Assembly (NCBI GenBank): GCA_951406725.2
Contig: OX597834.1
Location: 37,758,001 to 37,822,000 of the forward strand
Source: Octopus vulgaris
Taxonomy: Eukaryota
DNA: 64,000 nucleotides
Reading direction: 5' to 3'
Shown: piece by piece, positions 41,734 through 53,655 of the stretch
Layout: the number at the start of each line of letters is the position of its first letter
Position numbering within the stretch: the first letter of the stretch is position 1
The notes under the pieces: model-generated
Told to the model about the DNA's origin: nothing
Seen by the model: the letters and a program-made list of their open reading frames with translations, nothing else
The model's database searches: none
Translations under genes and position numbers: made by a program

Positions 41734-41802
41734 TCCCACTGATGAAACTGGCCTTCAGCAAATATTTTTTTGCTGGAAATAGTTAGAAACCATGGTCTGG
41801 GA
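41734..41802 (+). ncRNA. Type I hammerhead ribozyme with GUC cleavage triplet
   Basis: TCCCA-CTGATGA-[AACTG..TTCAGCAAA-tatttt-TTTGCTGGA..TAGTT]-A-GAAA-CCATG-GTC-TGGGA: perfect 5-bp stem I, intact core, palindromic stem III ACCATGGT. Confidence 0.85.
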
Positions 41803-41987
41803 AATAATTGAGATGGTAAACGTTTTTAATTTTCATTCCTTTCGAAAATTTATCCTTATTTGGTGGTTTTGAGGTTTCTACTGCTCTTTCTAGCACAAGG
41901 CTTTCCTATTTGGAAGCCTCTTATTGTATTTCTATGTGAATGATATATATATATATGTGTGTGTGTGTATGTGTGTGTGTGTGTGTT

Positions 41988-42032
<45 letters not shown>

Positions 42033-42379
42033 GGGTGTGTGTCTGTCTGTGAATGTGTGTCTGTGTTTGTCTCCCACCACCGCCAGAGCCTCAGTTTTGG
42101 GGTGTTTACGTTCCCGTAACTTGGCAGTTCGGCAAAAAGAGACCGATAAAATAAGTACTAGCCTTAAGAAAAAAGTCCTTGAGTCGATACCTTCGACTAA
42201 AATTCAAAAGGTAGGTGCTCCAGCATGGCCGCAGACTAATGATCGAAACACGTAAAAGAAATCAATGTTGAACTACATCGAAAATAGCAAAGACAGCAAC
42301 AACAATAACAATAATAACGACAACAACAACAGCTGAAATAGTAAGTTTGATATTAAACACCAGCCGTATTAAACATCTC

Positions 42380-42435
<56 letters not shown>

Positions 42436-43030
42436 ATTCTCCCTCTCTTTTCTCCCTTTTCTTTTTCTCTCTCTCTCTCTCTCTCTCTTTATCTCTAACT
42501 CTCTCTAATACTCGCCCCCACAACCTGTAGAGAAGATCTTTCAAGATCTGATACAAAACAGATATTATCCGTACTCCTAGAGGCAAGATAATGAGAGATA
42601 CGCAGCCACGTCTGTTAGCGTCTTCAACAGCATTTGTGACGTCATTCAGTGAATGGACTTCGCTTCAAAAGGGCGGCTCTGCTTTTAATATTTGAATTAA
42701 TAGAAGACAATTCTGGGATTGTTCGTGCCGAGTCTCGGAATCTACAATGGCTGGATTGGTTTAACGGTTCCAAGGAAACTTGAAGACAGTCGTGTCTGTA
42801 ACGCATTCATATGTATTCGCTCACATCCACACACCCATATACACCCTCCACACACAATCGTGTGGGAGTGTGCATATATGCATATGTATGTATGTATGCA
42901 TGTATGTATGTATACATGTATATATATATACACACACACACACACATATATATATATATGATGAGAGCGACGGAGTTAGAAGAGAGAGAGACCATGAAAG
43001 AAAGTGGGTAAGAGAGATACAAATATGTAT

Positions 43031-43068
<38 letters not shown>

Positions 43069-43149
43069 AACACACATACATGTGTATATATGTATGTATA
43101 CGTATGCAAGTATGTATGTATGTATGTATGTATGTATGTATAAATATAT

Positions 43150-43498
43150 ATTCAAATAAATATATATATATTTAGAGGGAAGGAGAGACAGGGAGAGAGA
43201 CCGAGAGAGAAAGAGAGAGAGAGAGAGGTACATATATGTATGTATATATGTACCTCTCTCTCTCTCTCTTTCTCTCTCGGCGAGCTGGCAGAAACGTTAG
43301 CACGCCGGGCGAAATGCGTAGCCGTATTTCGTCTGCTGTTACGTCCTGAGTTCAAATTCCGCCGAGGTCGACTTTGCCTTTCATCCTTTCGGGGTCGATT
43401 CAAATAAATATATATATATTTAGAGGGAAGGAGAGACAGGGAGAGAGACCGAGAGAGAAAGAGAGAGAGAGAGAGGTACATATATGTATGTATATATA
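43150..43498. repeat. About 100-bp direct repeat flanking a snap-back segment and a SINE A fragment
   Basis: 43150-43249 is repeated at 43398-43498; 43244-43280 is the reverse complement of 43201-43237; SINE A occupies 43279-43400. Confidence 0.9.
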
Positions 43499-44260
43499 TA
43501 TGTCTGTATATATATATATGTATGTATATATATATATGCACGCATGCACGTATATATGCACACATTTGAATGAATGTGTACCTTATAGTGTGTGTATAAA
43601 ATTTGATCGTCATAATATGAGCGTATGTATGCGTGCATATATATATATATATATATTTTTGTGTGTGTGTATGTATGTATGTATGTATGTATGTATGTAT
43701 GTATGTATGTATGTATGTATGTATGCATGTATGTGTTTGTGTATGCGTGTACTAATATATATATGTATGTTTCTTTACGTGTGTTTATATATGTGTTTGC
43801 GTGTGTATGTATTGTTTTGCGTTTGGGTGTATATCTGTGTGTATGTGTGAGTTTGTATATGTGTGTGTGTGAGAGAGTGTGTATATGTGCGTGTGTGTGT
43901 GTATTTGCGTGTCCAACAGAAATATCAAATTGACTTTCATTTGATATTTCTGGAAGAGTTTGCTTCATTAATAATCAAACTCCACACACAACACATGCAT
44001 AAATACAAACAACCACACAGAGGTTTATACATATATTCACACACACACGGACACAGACAGACGCAGACGCACACACACACACACATCATATACATATCCA
44101 CATACAAACATCAACATACACTCATAAATAAACATATATATCTATCATATTACGCTTACACATATGAGACATAACTATTTTGGAAGTTGATAATAGATAA
44201 GTAGTGAATACATTTATAGGAGAATGTGTGTGTATATATATATATATATATAGAAAGAGA

Positions 44261-44298
<38 letters not shown>

Positions 44299-44429
44299 CA
44301 TACATGCGTATACATATATATATATATATATATATATCATATATATATTTTATATGTATATACACAAATATTCATAAAAATATATGTATATATATACGTA
44401 TATATGCATATATAGGTATATATTAATAT

Positions 44430-44485
<56 letters not shown>

Positions 44486-44517
44486 GCACACAAACGCACA
44501 CACACACACACATATAG

Positions 44518-44672
44518 AGCTTGCTTCCCAACCATACGGTTCCGAGTTCAGTTCCACTGCGTCATATCATGGGCAAGTGCCTTCTACTATAGCCTCGGGC
44601 CGACCAAAGCCTTGTGAGTGGATTTGGTAGACGGAAACTGAAAGAAGCCCGTCCTATATATATGTGTGTATG

Positions 44673-44705
<33 letters not shown>

Positions 44706-44906
44706 TTCTGTGTCTGTGTTTGTCCCCCCACCATCTCTTGAGAAACGATATGTTGGTGTGTATTCGTACCCGCTTTCTAGCAGTTAGGCAAAAGAGACCG
44801 ATAGAATAAGTGCTAGGCTTACGAAGAAAAAATCCCGAGGTTGATTTGTTCGACTAAAGGGCGGTGCTCCAGTATGGCTGCAGTCAAATGACTTAAACAA
44901 GTAAAA
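44518..44906 (+). mobile_element. SINE family B
   Basis: Head and tail match family B. Confidence 0.85.
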
Positions 44907-44949
<43 letters not shown>

Positions 44950-45122
44950 AACAGTAGAGTCCAGAGTAATCCATAGGCCGGAGAAGCGCAGCCGCAGTGT
45001 AGGAAGTCCAAAAGAGAATCCGTAAAGGATAGAAAGGTAGAAAGTCCAGTGGAGAAGTTGCTGGGTGATGAGAGGAGACAGGATCAACTGGTGCGACCAC
45101 GTGGGCATGTGGTATATGAGGA

Positions 45123-45492
45123 GAATTCAGGAAAGAAACAAAAGACGAAGACAGCTGGTGTAGACAACAAACGCTGTATATTAGTATAACGCTCGAGAAT
45201 TGAAAAAAGTCTTTAACGTTTCGAACCTACGCTCTTTCACAGAAAGAAGCATAGAAAGAAACAAGGAGAGAAACGAGAGAAAAAAATGTGTGTAGTGGCT
45301 ACCGATCTAGCATGGCGAATCGGTAGCCACTACACACAATTTTTTCTCTCCTTGTTTCTTTCTGTGTTCCTTTCTGTAGAAGTGCGTAGGCTCGAAACGT
45401 TAAATACTTTTTCAGTTCCCGAGCGTTATGTACTAACACATCTGCTTCTTTTCTACACCAGCTGTCTTCGTCTTTTGTTTTTTTCCGTGAAT
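45123..45492. repeat. About 180-bp-arm fold-back of two Penelope-type hammerhead termini
   Basis: tgtgtgtagtggctaccgat / atcggtagccactacacaca at the centre; each arm carries CTTT-CTGT.GAA-G.GCGTAGG.TC-GAAACGTT-AAA. Confidence 0.9.
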
Positions 45493-45494
45493 TA

Positions 45495-45626
<132 letters not shown>

Positions 45627-45765
45627 TACAACGTGTGTGTATATATAAGAATCTGCTAGTAGTTAACGGCAGACAGCAAGACTCTATGGAAACTATCTCA
45701 GGGATTACCAATCCGATAATAAAACCTCCATAAGGCTTTGGAGGAACAATACTAACAAAAGAAAG

Positions 45766-45833
<68 letters not shown>

Positions 45834-46529
45834 GCCCACACACACACTACTGAGTGTGTCTGTATGTTTGTGTGTGTATGTTGCTCTGAATATGCGTTTG
45901 TGCACCTGCGCGCGTTTGTGTGCGTTTGTGTGCGCGCGTGCGTGTGTAATTCAACAACCGACTGAATAAAATACAAGTTCGAGAAAGAGAGAGAAGGAGA
46001 GAGGGGGAGAGAGATGCGGGGGTGGGGTAAATAAATAGTTCCAGATAAGAAGGTAAATAGTTCTCGATAGAATGGTAAATTACCCAAGATAATAAGGAAC
46101 CTATTTCTTCATAGATCTTTGAATAGTTCTCGAAAGAAATGTGATGCATAAAATAAAGAAGAAATGAAGAAGGGAAGGTCTTTTGTGGAAGTAGATATGA
46201 CTTTAAAATTAATATAATAAAGTAGAAGAATAAAAGAATATAAGAATATAAGAATAAATTACTATCTTCAGTAAATTTGTTATTCTTTGAACCATTAAAC
46301 TAATGAATATTCAGATCGGTAAACTTAGAAATCTTCAGATGTTTACGTAAATGGATTATATTTTTAAAAATTATTATACAATTAAACTAGGATAATCTTC
46401 TTAATCTAACGATTATCGAATAAGTAAATAATTTAGCCATTAGATAATTTTATCAGAAAATTTTCTATGATTATTATTTTACATAAATAAATATAAAAGT
46501 AAACGAATTAGTTTGTCTTATTTTTGTTG

Positions 46530-47168
46530 GTGGAGTCGTAACCGTGCAAGGCGAAATGATTAATGGTATTTCATCCAGCAATTCTGAGTTCAAATCCAAC
46601 CAAGACGGCCCTGTCTTACATACTTTCAGCGTCGACAAGATAAGTACCGGTGAAGTTTGTAGATTCGTTGTAATCGATCCGTCCTTCCTGCCAAAGTATC
46701 AGGCTTTGTGCCTATCGCAGAAACAATTATTGGCTTCGAATTTTTGGCACAAGGACAGCTATTCCGTGTGTGTGTGTGTGGGGGGGGGAATAGGTCGATT
46801 ACATCAACCCCAGTACTCAACTGGTACTTACTTTATCGAGCCCCCAAAGAGAGGAAAGGTAAAGTCGATCACGTCGGTATTTTTGAACTCAAATCGGACA
46901 AAAGACGGACGAAATGCCGCTAAGCATTTTTACCGGCATGATAACGATTCTGCTTGCCCGCTGCCTTAATAATAGTAATAATAATAATCCGTTTTAATAT
47001 AGGCAGAAGGCCTGAAATTTGGGGGAGGGGGACAGTCGATCACATCGACCCCAATACTCAACTAGTAATTATTTTATCGCCCCATCCCCACCCCACCCCC
47101 CAAAAAAATGAAAGACAAATTCGTCGTCGGTAGAATTTGAACTCAGAATGTAGCAGCAGACGAAATAC
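46530..47168. mobile_element. Cluster of old SINE family A copies in both orientations
   Basis: Three degenerate family-A cores. Confidence 0.75.
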
Positions 47169-47900
47169 CTATTTCTTTACTACCCACAAGGGGCTATACA
47201 CAGCGGGGACAAAAAAGGACAGACAAACGGATTAAGTCGATTATATCGACCCCAGTGCGTAACTGGTACTTATTTAATCGACCCCGAAGGATGAAAGGCA
47301 AAGTCGATCTCGGCGGAATTTGAACTCAGAACGTAGCGGCAGACGAAATACCTATTTCGTTACTACCCATAAGGGGCTACACACAGAGGGGACAAAGAAG
47401 GACAGACAACCGGATTAAGTCGATTATATCGACCCCAGTGCGTAACTGGTACTTATTTAATCGACCCCGAAGGATGAAAGGCAAAGTCGATCTCGGCGGA
47501 ATTTGAACTCAGAACGTAGCGGCAGACGAAATACCTATTTCGTTACTACCCATAAGGAGCTACACACAGAGGGGACAAATAAGGACAGACAAACAGATTA
47601 AGTCGATTATATCGACCCCTGTGCGTAACTAGTACTTATTTAATCGACCCCGAAGGATGAAAGGCAAAGTCGATCTCGGCGGAATTTGAACTCGGAACGT
47701 AGCGGCAGACGAAATACCTATTTCTTTACTACCCATAAGGGGCTACACACAGAGGGGACAAACAAGGATAGACAAACGGATTAAGTTGATTACATCGATC
47801 CCAGTGCATAACTGGTACTTATTTAATCGACCCTGAAAGGATGAAAGGCAAAGTCGATCTCGGCGGAATTTGAACTCAGAACGTAGCGGCAGACGAAATG
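47169..47900 (-). repeat. Tandem array of four 183-bp SINE-A body units
   Basis: Units start at 47169, 47352, 47535 and 47718 (ctatttc.ttactaccca...gcagacgaaat). Confidence 0.95.
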
Positions 47901-47933
47901 CTGCTTTTGCACGCCGCCTTACAACATGTCTAC

Positions 47934-48346
47934 TTTCTCTTTACTCTTTACTCTTTTACTTGTTTTCAGTCATTTGACTGCGGCCATGCTGGAGCACCAC
48001 CTTTAGTAGAGCAAATCGACCCCAGGACTTATTCTTTGTAAGCCCAGTACTTATTCTATCGGGGCCTTTTGCCGAACCGCTAAGTAACGGGTACGTAAAC
48101 ACACCAGCATCGGTTGTCAAGCAATGCTAAGGGGACAAACACAGACACACAAACACACACACATATATATATATACATATATACGATAAGCTTCTTTCAG
48201 TTTCTGTCTACCAAATCCACTCACAAGGCATTGGTCGGCCCGGGGCTATAGCAGAAGACACTTGCCCAAGATGCCACGCAGTGGGACTGAACCCGGAACC
48301 ATGTGGCTGGTTAGCAAGCTACTTACCACACAGCCACTCCTGCGCC
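47934..48346 (-). mobile_element. SINE family B, full-length young copy
   Basis: tttactcttttact tail through ccacacagccactcctgcgcc head; absent from the sister arm at about 49918-49925. Confidence 0.9.
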
Positions 48347-49017
48347 TTGTAAGTTTCAAATTTTAGCACAAGGCCAGCAAGTTCGGCGCTTAGCTGATTA
48401 CATTGTCATCAGTGCTCAGCTGACGAATTGCTGCTAAGCAGTTTCCCCCAGCCTGCTAATGTTTCTGCCAACTCGCCGCCTTTCAACACGTCCATATAAA
48501 TATCATTCGTTTTCCTGTCTTCTTAAGATTTCATTCAGATTTAATTGTTTCACCATTATTCAAGTCAGACTGCCTTTTCCAAACCTAGCGAAGAATGTTA
48601 TTCTTGATATTGTTGCCAGATAATTAATATTTATTCAATTAGTATTGAGTGTTATTCCTAATTTATTTGCTTAAATTATTTAATGAGCAGTAATTTAAAT
48701 AATAAATATGATTATTGTTATTCACTAATAATATCGATAGCAATAAATAAATATTCACTTAAGAACTCTCATATTCCTTTCCTTACGAATTCATTTATTT
48801 ATATATGCGTTAACTTTAAGACCCTACGACACATTTAATGCTTTCATATATCTAACGGTATTTCGCCTGTCTTTACGTTTTCAGCTAAAATTCCGCTGAC
48901 GTCGAATTTGTATTTCATCCTTCCGGAGTCGATAAAATAAAAACCAGTCGAGCACTGGAATCGACGTAATCGACTTACCCGTTCATCGAGATTGCTGGCC
49001 TAGTGTCAAAATTTAAA

Positions 49018-49100
<83 letters not shown>

Positions 49101-49101
<1 letters not shown>

Positions 49102-49498
49102 GAGTGAGAGATCAGTGCATGCCATCAAAGTGACATTGGGGTAAAATATACGAAGCCCAGCATACCCATGATGACTACCCGTCTGATAAGGGTACACCAG
49201 GCACATGCATCACAACCATATGTGCGCGCGACATGGTGATCTCATATCAAGATAAACAGCACATGACCTTGCAGGTGGGGCCCAGTTAGAATTTTCTTCT
49301 AGTTGAGTAGCCCATCCTGTTCAAAAGGTCCCTGAATAAGGGTTGCTTTAGGATGTTGAACGAAACACCCATGTTTCCAGAGGTGAATTATTCAAACTCC
49401 AAAGAATCCCTCTCAACATATGGCTATGATGCTCCCCCACTACTTCTGCTCGTGATCAGAGATGCACGTATTGTCAGCCACTAAGGGACATGGTCAAC

Positions 49499-49500
<2 letters not shown>
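49101..49500 (-). mobile_element. 400-bp insert between (ATT)n arrays, probable 3' end of a TAA-targeting retroelement
   Basis: Complex sequence bounded sharply by (ATT)n on both sides; no protein motif recognised. Confidence 0.5.
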
Positions 49501-49552
<52 letters not shown>

Positions 49553-49567
49553 CATCATCATCATCAT

Positions 49568-49795
49568 CAAGCTGGCAGAAACGTTAGCACACCGGGTGAA
49601 ATGCGTAGCCGTATTTCGTCTGACGTTACGTTCTGAGTTCAAATTCCTCTGAGGTCGACTTTGCCTTTCATCCTTTCGGAGTCGATTAAATAAGAGTATC
49701 TGTTACGCACTGGGGTCGATATAATCGACTTAATCCGTTTGTCTGTCCTTCTTTATCCCCTCTGTGTGTAGCCCCTTGTGGGCAGTAAAGAAATA
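49568..49795 (+). mobile_element. SINE family A young copy
   Basis: agctggcagaaacgttagcac...gggcagtaaagaaata. Confidence 0.9.
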
Positions 49796-52101
49796 AGAAA
49801 CATTGGCAGCCTGGGAAAACGGCTTAACAGCATTTCGTCAGTTTAGCACCGATGACAATGTAATCAGCTTAGCTCCTACCCCGAACTTGCTGGCCTTGTG
49901 CTAAAATTTGAAACTTATATGTAGACGTGTTGTAAGGCAGCGTGCAAAAGCGGAATTTCTTCTGTCTTTACGTTCTGAGTTCAAATGCCACCGAGATCAA
50001 CTAAGCCCAAGGTTTTTCGGTTGCTACCATCGTGTTTCGTGTTCTTTTGAACAATCTCATTCGTTATAAATCTTCTGTTGACCAAACTTCTCAAAATTCT
50101 TCCATTCATTTTGTTGTTGGCCGTGGTCCATTGACTTCTGTCTTCACGATAAATTTGTTCTGAGTTGCAGCCAAATTTTTAGTTTTGTTAAAAGAATCCT
50201 TGTCATTTATCAATGGATATTGTGCAGGGGATTTCTTTGTTTCAAGCGATCTTTGATTTCGGAAACCTCTCCCTCTTATATGTTATATTTCGGTAGTATT
50301 TTCCCCCTCTTTGTTTCAGTTGTAATCTTTCATTATTAATTTTTATTTAGAATTTAGGATGTTTACTTATAACGACTATCTTCTTTCAATATAATTGATT
50401 TTTTTTCATGTTGTTTGCTTGGGTATTGCTATTCCTATATGAATACGTCTCGAGTAGATCTAAACCGAAGACCCACATCTATTTGTAGCTGTCAACGTTG
50501 TAACGTTGATACTTCATTAACTTAGTGATATTGATGTTCGTATCTGTTATCACGTCTGGAACAGCGATTCGCAGAGTTGTACTTTTACTGAAGTTGCAAT
50601 TTTATCACTCAGATTTATTTTTAGGAGTTACTTTCGTTTAACCACAGAAACACTTCCTATTGATTTTTATTTTTCAATTATTTTTAGCTTTAGTAGATTA
50701 TTGTCATATTTTTTTGATTTCTATTTTTAAAATTTCAGATCTTTAAATTTTCCTCATAGTCTCTTTTATTCAAAGTTTTGTTTAATTTACTCCGGTTCAC
50801 TAAGTGTTTCAAGGTTCGTTTTTGTTGTTTTGCGTTTTACTTAATTCTGAATGCATAAGGTTTATCTTACGGTCGCGAGGTTTTATGTTTGTTGTTTGTT
50901 TATTGTACGTTTGTTCTATTTTCGTCTATATTCGTCATTTTAAATGTTTCTATATCGATTGGTTTTGATTTCTTTTTTTTTTTCTTTTTAATTTAAGAAC
51001 GTAACTCTTTTAAATTCGTTTGCTCGTTCGGCTTCAAAGTTAGTTTGAGATCAAAACGATTTCATATGCAAATTTTATGCGAGAAGGTTGCTCTGGTGCC
51101 ATTATTGTGTGGCAGAACGGGGATTAGAAATGTACAAAGAATATCACGTGTTCTTATCGTTTCCACTCATTCCTTTTTCCACTTTATTTATGAGACACGA
51201 GAAAAAAATCCTGCCTCTTATTTGCGTTAAATACCAGTTTATTTGCTTCTGGCAATACCGTGTTTTTGATGTTCTATTTCCCGTACATTTTAAAGAACAA
51301 ACTCAAAGTGCGTGTCCCCTTTTCAGCTTTCAGTTCAGTGATACGTTTATCCTTTGGATCGTTGATCATTTTGGAGCAGGTAGCGATGTGTTTTGCTAGC
51401 CTCTTTGCACGTGGCATCGGATCAGTGACCATAGAGCTTATCTATGTCTGATCACATTATAAATTATAATGCAATCAGATACAGATAAACTCTCGGGCTT
51501 TCTGTGTGTCTCTATTCATTGGAAACGGTGAGCAATCAGAAATGACAGCATTTTCGAGGGAGCAATGTGCAATCACTCCTGTCTCGTCTGCTGAAGTGGA
51601 CTGGCGAAGTAAGCTACGATTTCAGTTTGCAGAAAAAAGACGTGTCTCAGCGTTAATTAGACATTTTCACAAATGTGTGATGTTATTTACCGTATTTTAG
51701 AATGTATAAGGAACTCTCGTGTATAACGAACCCCCTAATTTTGAGGGTTTAAAATTTGCGAAAAATGCTTTCTAGGGGATTACGGGGAGGGTGGGGGGTG
51801 GGGGGGCTTGAGGATCTTCTTTCAGTTCCGGTCTATTAAATCCATTCACGAGGTTTGTTCAGCTCAGTACTATAGTAGAAGACACTTGCCTAAGGTGCCA
51901 CGGAGTGGGACTGAACCCGGAACCGCACAGACAGGCTGAAACGCAATTTTTCGTGCATTTCGTGTCCGATGTCTATCACGATGCATTCCGAACGTGGCGC
52001 AGTGAAAACCGCGCTGAGTTTATGATGTCGTCCCACTTACAACCGCACTCGACAAACAGACACGCAGACGGGCACACACACATACACACAAAATTCTTTT
52101 C

Positions 52102-52165
<64 letters not shown>

Positions 52166-52220
52166 CTATAATTATCTCTCTCTATATATATATGTATATA
52201 CACACACACATACACACACG

Positions 52221-52275
<55 letters not shown>

Positions 52276-52721
52276 GCAAATAACTTTTATAATATCTTTA
52301 ACGAGAAAATATTCAAGGTAATTACTAAATATTCTAAGCAGGAAATCGAAATAATAGCCAACTATTGCCATTACAATAAAAAGAAATTAACTTGAACCAA
52401 ATTAATCCGAGAGCTGTATATTGTCTACCAGATGGAAATTAAACAACTCAGAAATTGGATGAAGACAATCAAAAGACGGTAAAAAGTGGTCCCGTTTCTG
52501 CAGTATCATTCCAGTCCCAACCTGGAGTTCATATCACGATTCGCCAGAGGATTGCCTTTCGGTAAGGAACTCCGACAATTTAGATGTCGAGAGGACTGGA
52601 CAAATATACGCAATGAATTTACTTTATATAATGTATTGAGTTCTCTTCAGTTTGTCCATACAGTTTTGCAAGTAAACATACTTTCGAGTAGCATCCCAGG
52701 TATTATGTTATATATTATGTA

Positions 52722-53055
52722 TCATCATCATCATCATCATTTGGTCGAGTTTGCTCAAACATTTTCAAACCGTCCATGTCATTCGTCTTGGTCCTGTATT
52801 TGATGAGGGAAGGCTTCGGGGGGCATCCAGTGTTTCTGGTGAGTTGAGCTACGTACGTTGTGTTCGGACGACCTGCTCCAGTATGGCGACACTTTGGCAT
52901 CCATAGCAGTAGGTCATTTGTCAGGTTTTGATTAGCTCGCCAGCAATGTCCTGCAAAGTGGTGGGAGCAATCAGGAAATCTTGGACAGCCAAAGCATGGT
53001 CGACCCTAAACAAAACTAATGTTGTCTGGAAATCAACCCTGTCAAAGAACAGCTC
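52722..53055 (-). mobile_element. RTE-clade LINE 3' fragment with inverted 5' piece
   Basis: Minus strand FAGHCWRANQNLTNDLLLWMP...GRPNTTYVAQLTRNTG followed by a (TGA)n tail; adjacent plus-strand KAWSTLNKTNVVWKSTL. Confidence 0.8.
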
Positions 53056-53341
53056 TATTTATGTATATATACGTGTGTGTGTGTGTGTCTGTGTGTCTGT
53101 GTGTGTGCGTATGCATATATGAATCTCTCTCTCCCTCTCTCTCACACGCACACGCTCTCTCTCTCTCTCTATCTCTCTCTATCTCTATATATATATATAT
53201 AAATGTATGTGTATATATATATGTGTGTGTGTATGTATGTACGTACGTATGTATGTATGTATGTATGTATGTATGTATGTATGTATGTATGCATGTATGC
53301 ATGTATATATCATCAATTATTATCATCTTTATCATCATCAT

Positions 53342-53381
<40 letters not shown>

Positions 53382-53464
53382 ATCGTGGTCATCATCATCA
53401 TCATCAACAGCAATAGTTACTACCAGAATTAAATGCAATTAGATCTAGATTTGCAAAATGAGCA

Positions 53465-53655
53465 CCATCGCTTGACAACCGATGCTGGTGTGTTTACATC
53501 CCCATAACTTAGCGGTTCGGCAAAACAGACGATATATTAAGTACTAGGCTTATAAAGAAAAAAGATCCTGGGGTCGATTTGTTCGACTAAAGGTGATGCT
53601 CCAGCATGGCCGCAGTCAAATGACTGAAACAAGTAAAAGGATAAAAGAATAAAAG
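53465..53655 (+). mobile_element. SINE family B 3' half
   Basis: cgcttgacaaccgatgctggtgtg...cagtcaaatgactgaaacaagtaaaag. Confidence 0.85.

Noticed and set aside
47169-47900. CRISPR-like or bacterial repeat array
   Set aside because: The units are contiguous 183-bp SINE bodies with no unique spacers, there are no cas genes, and the context is eukaryotic.
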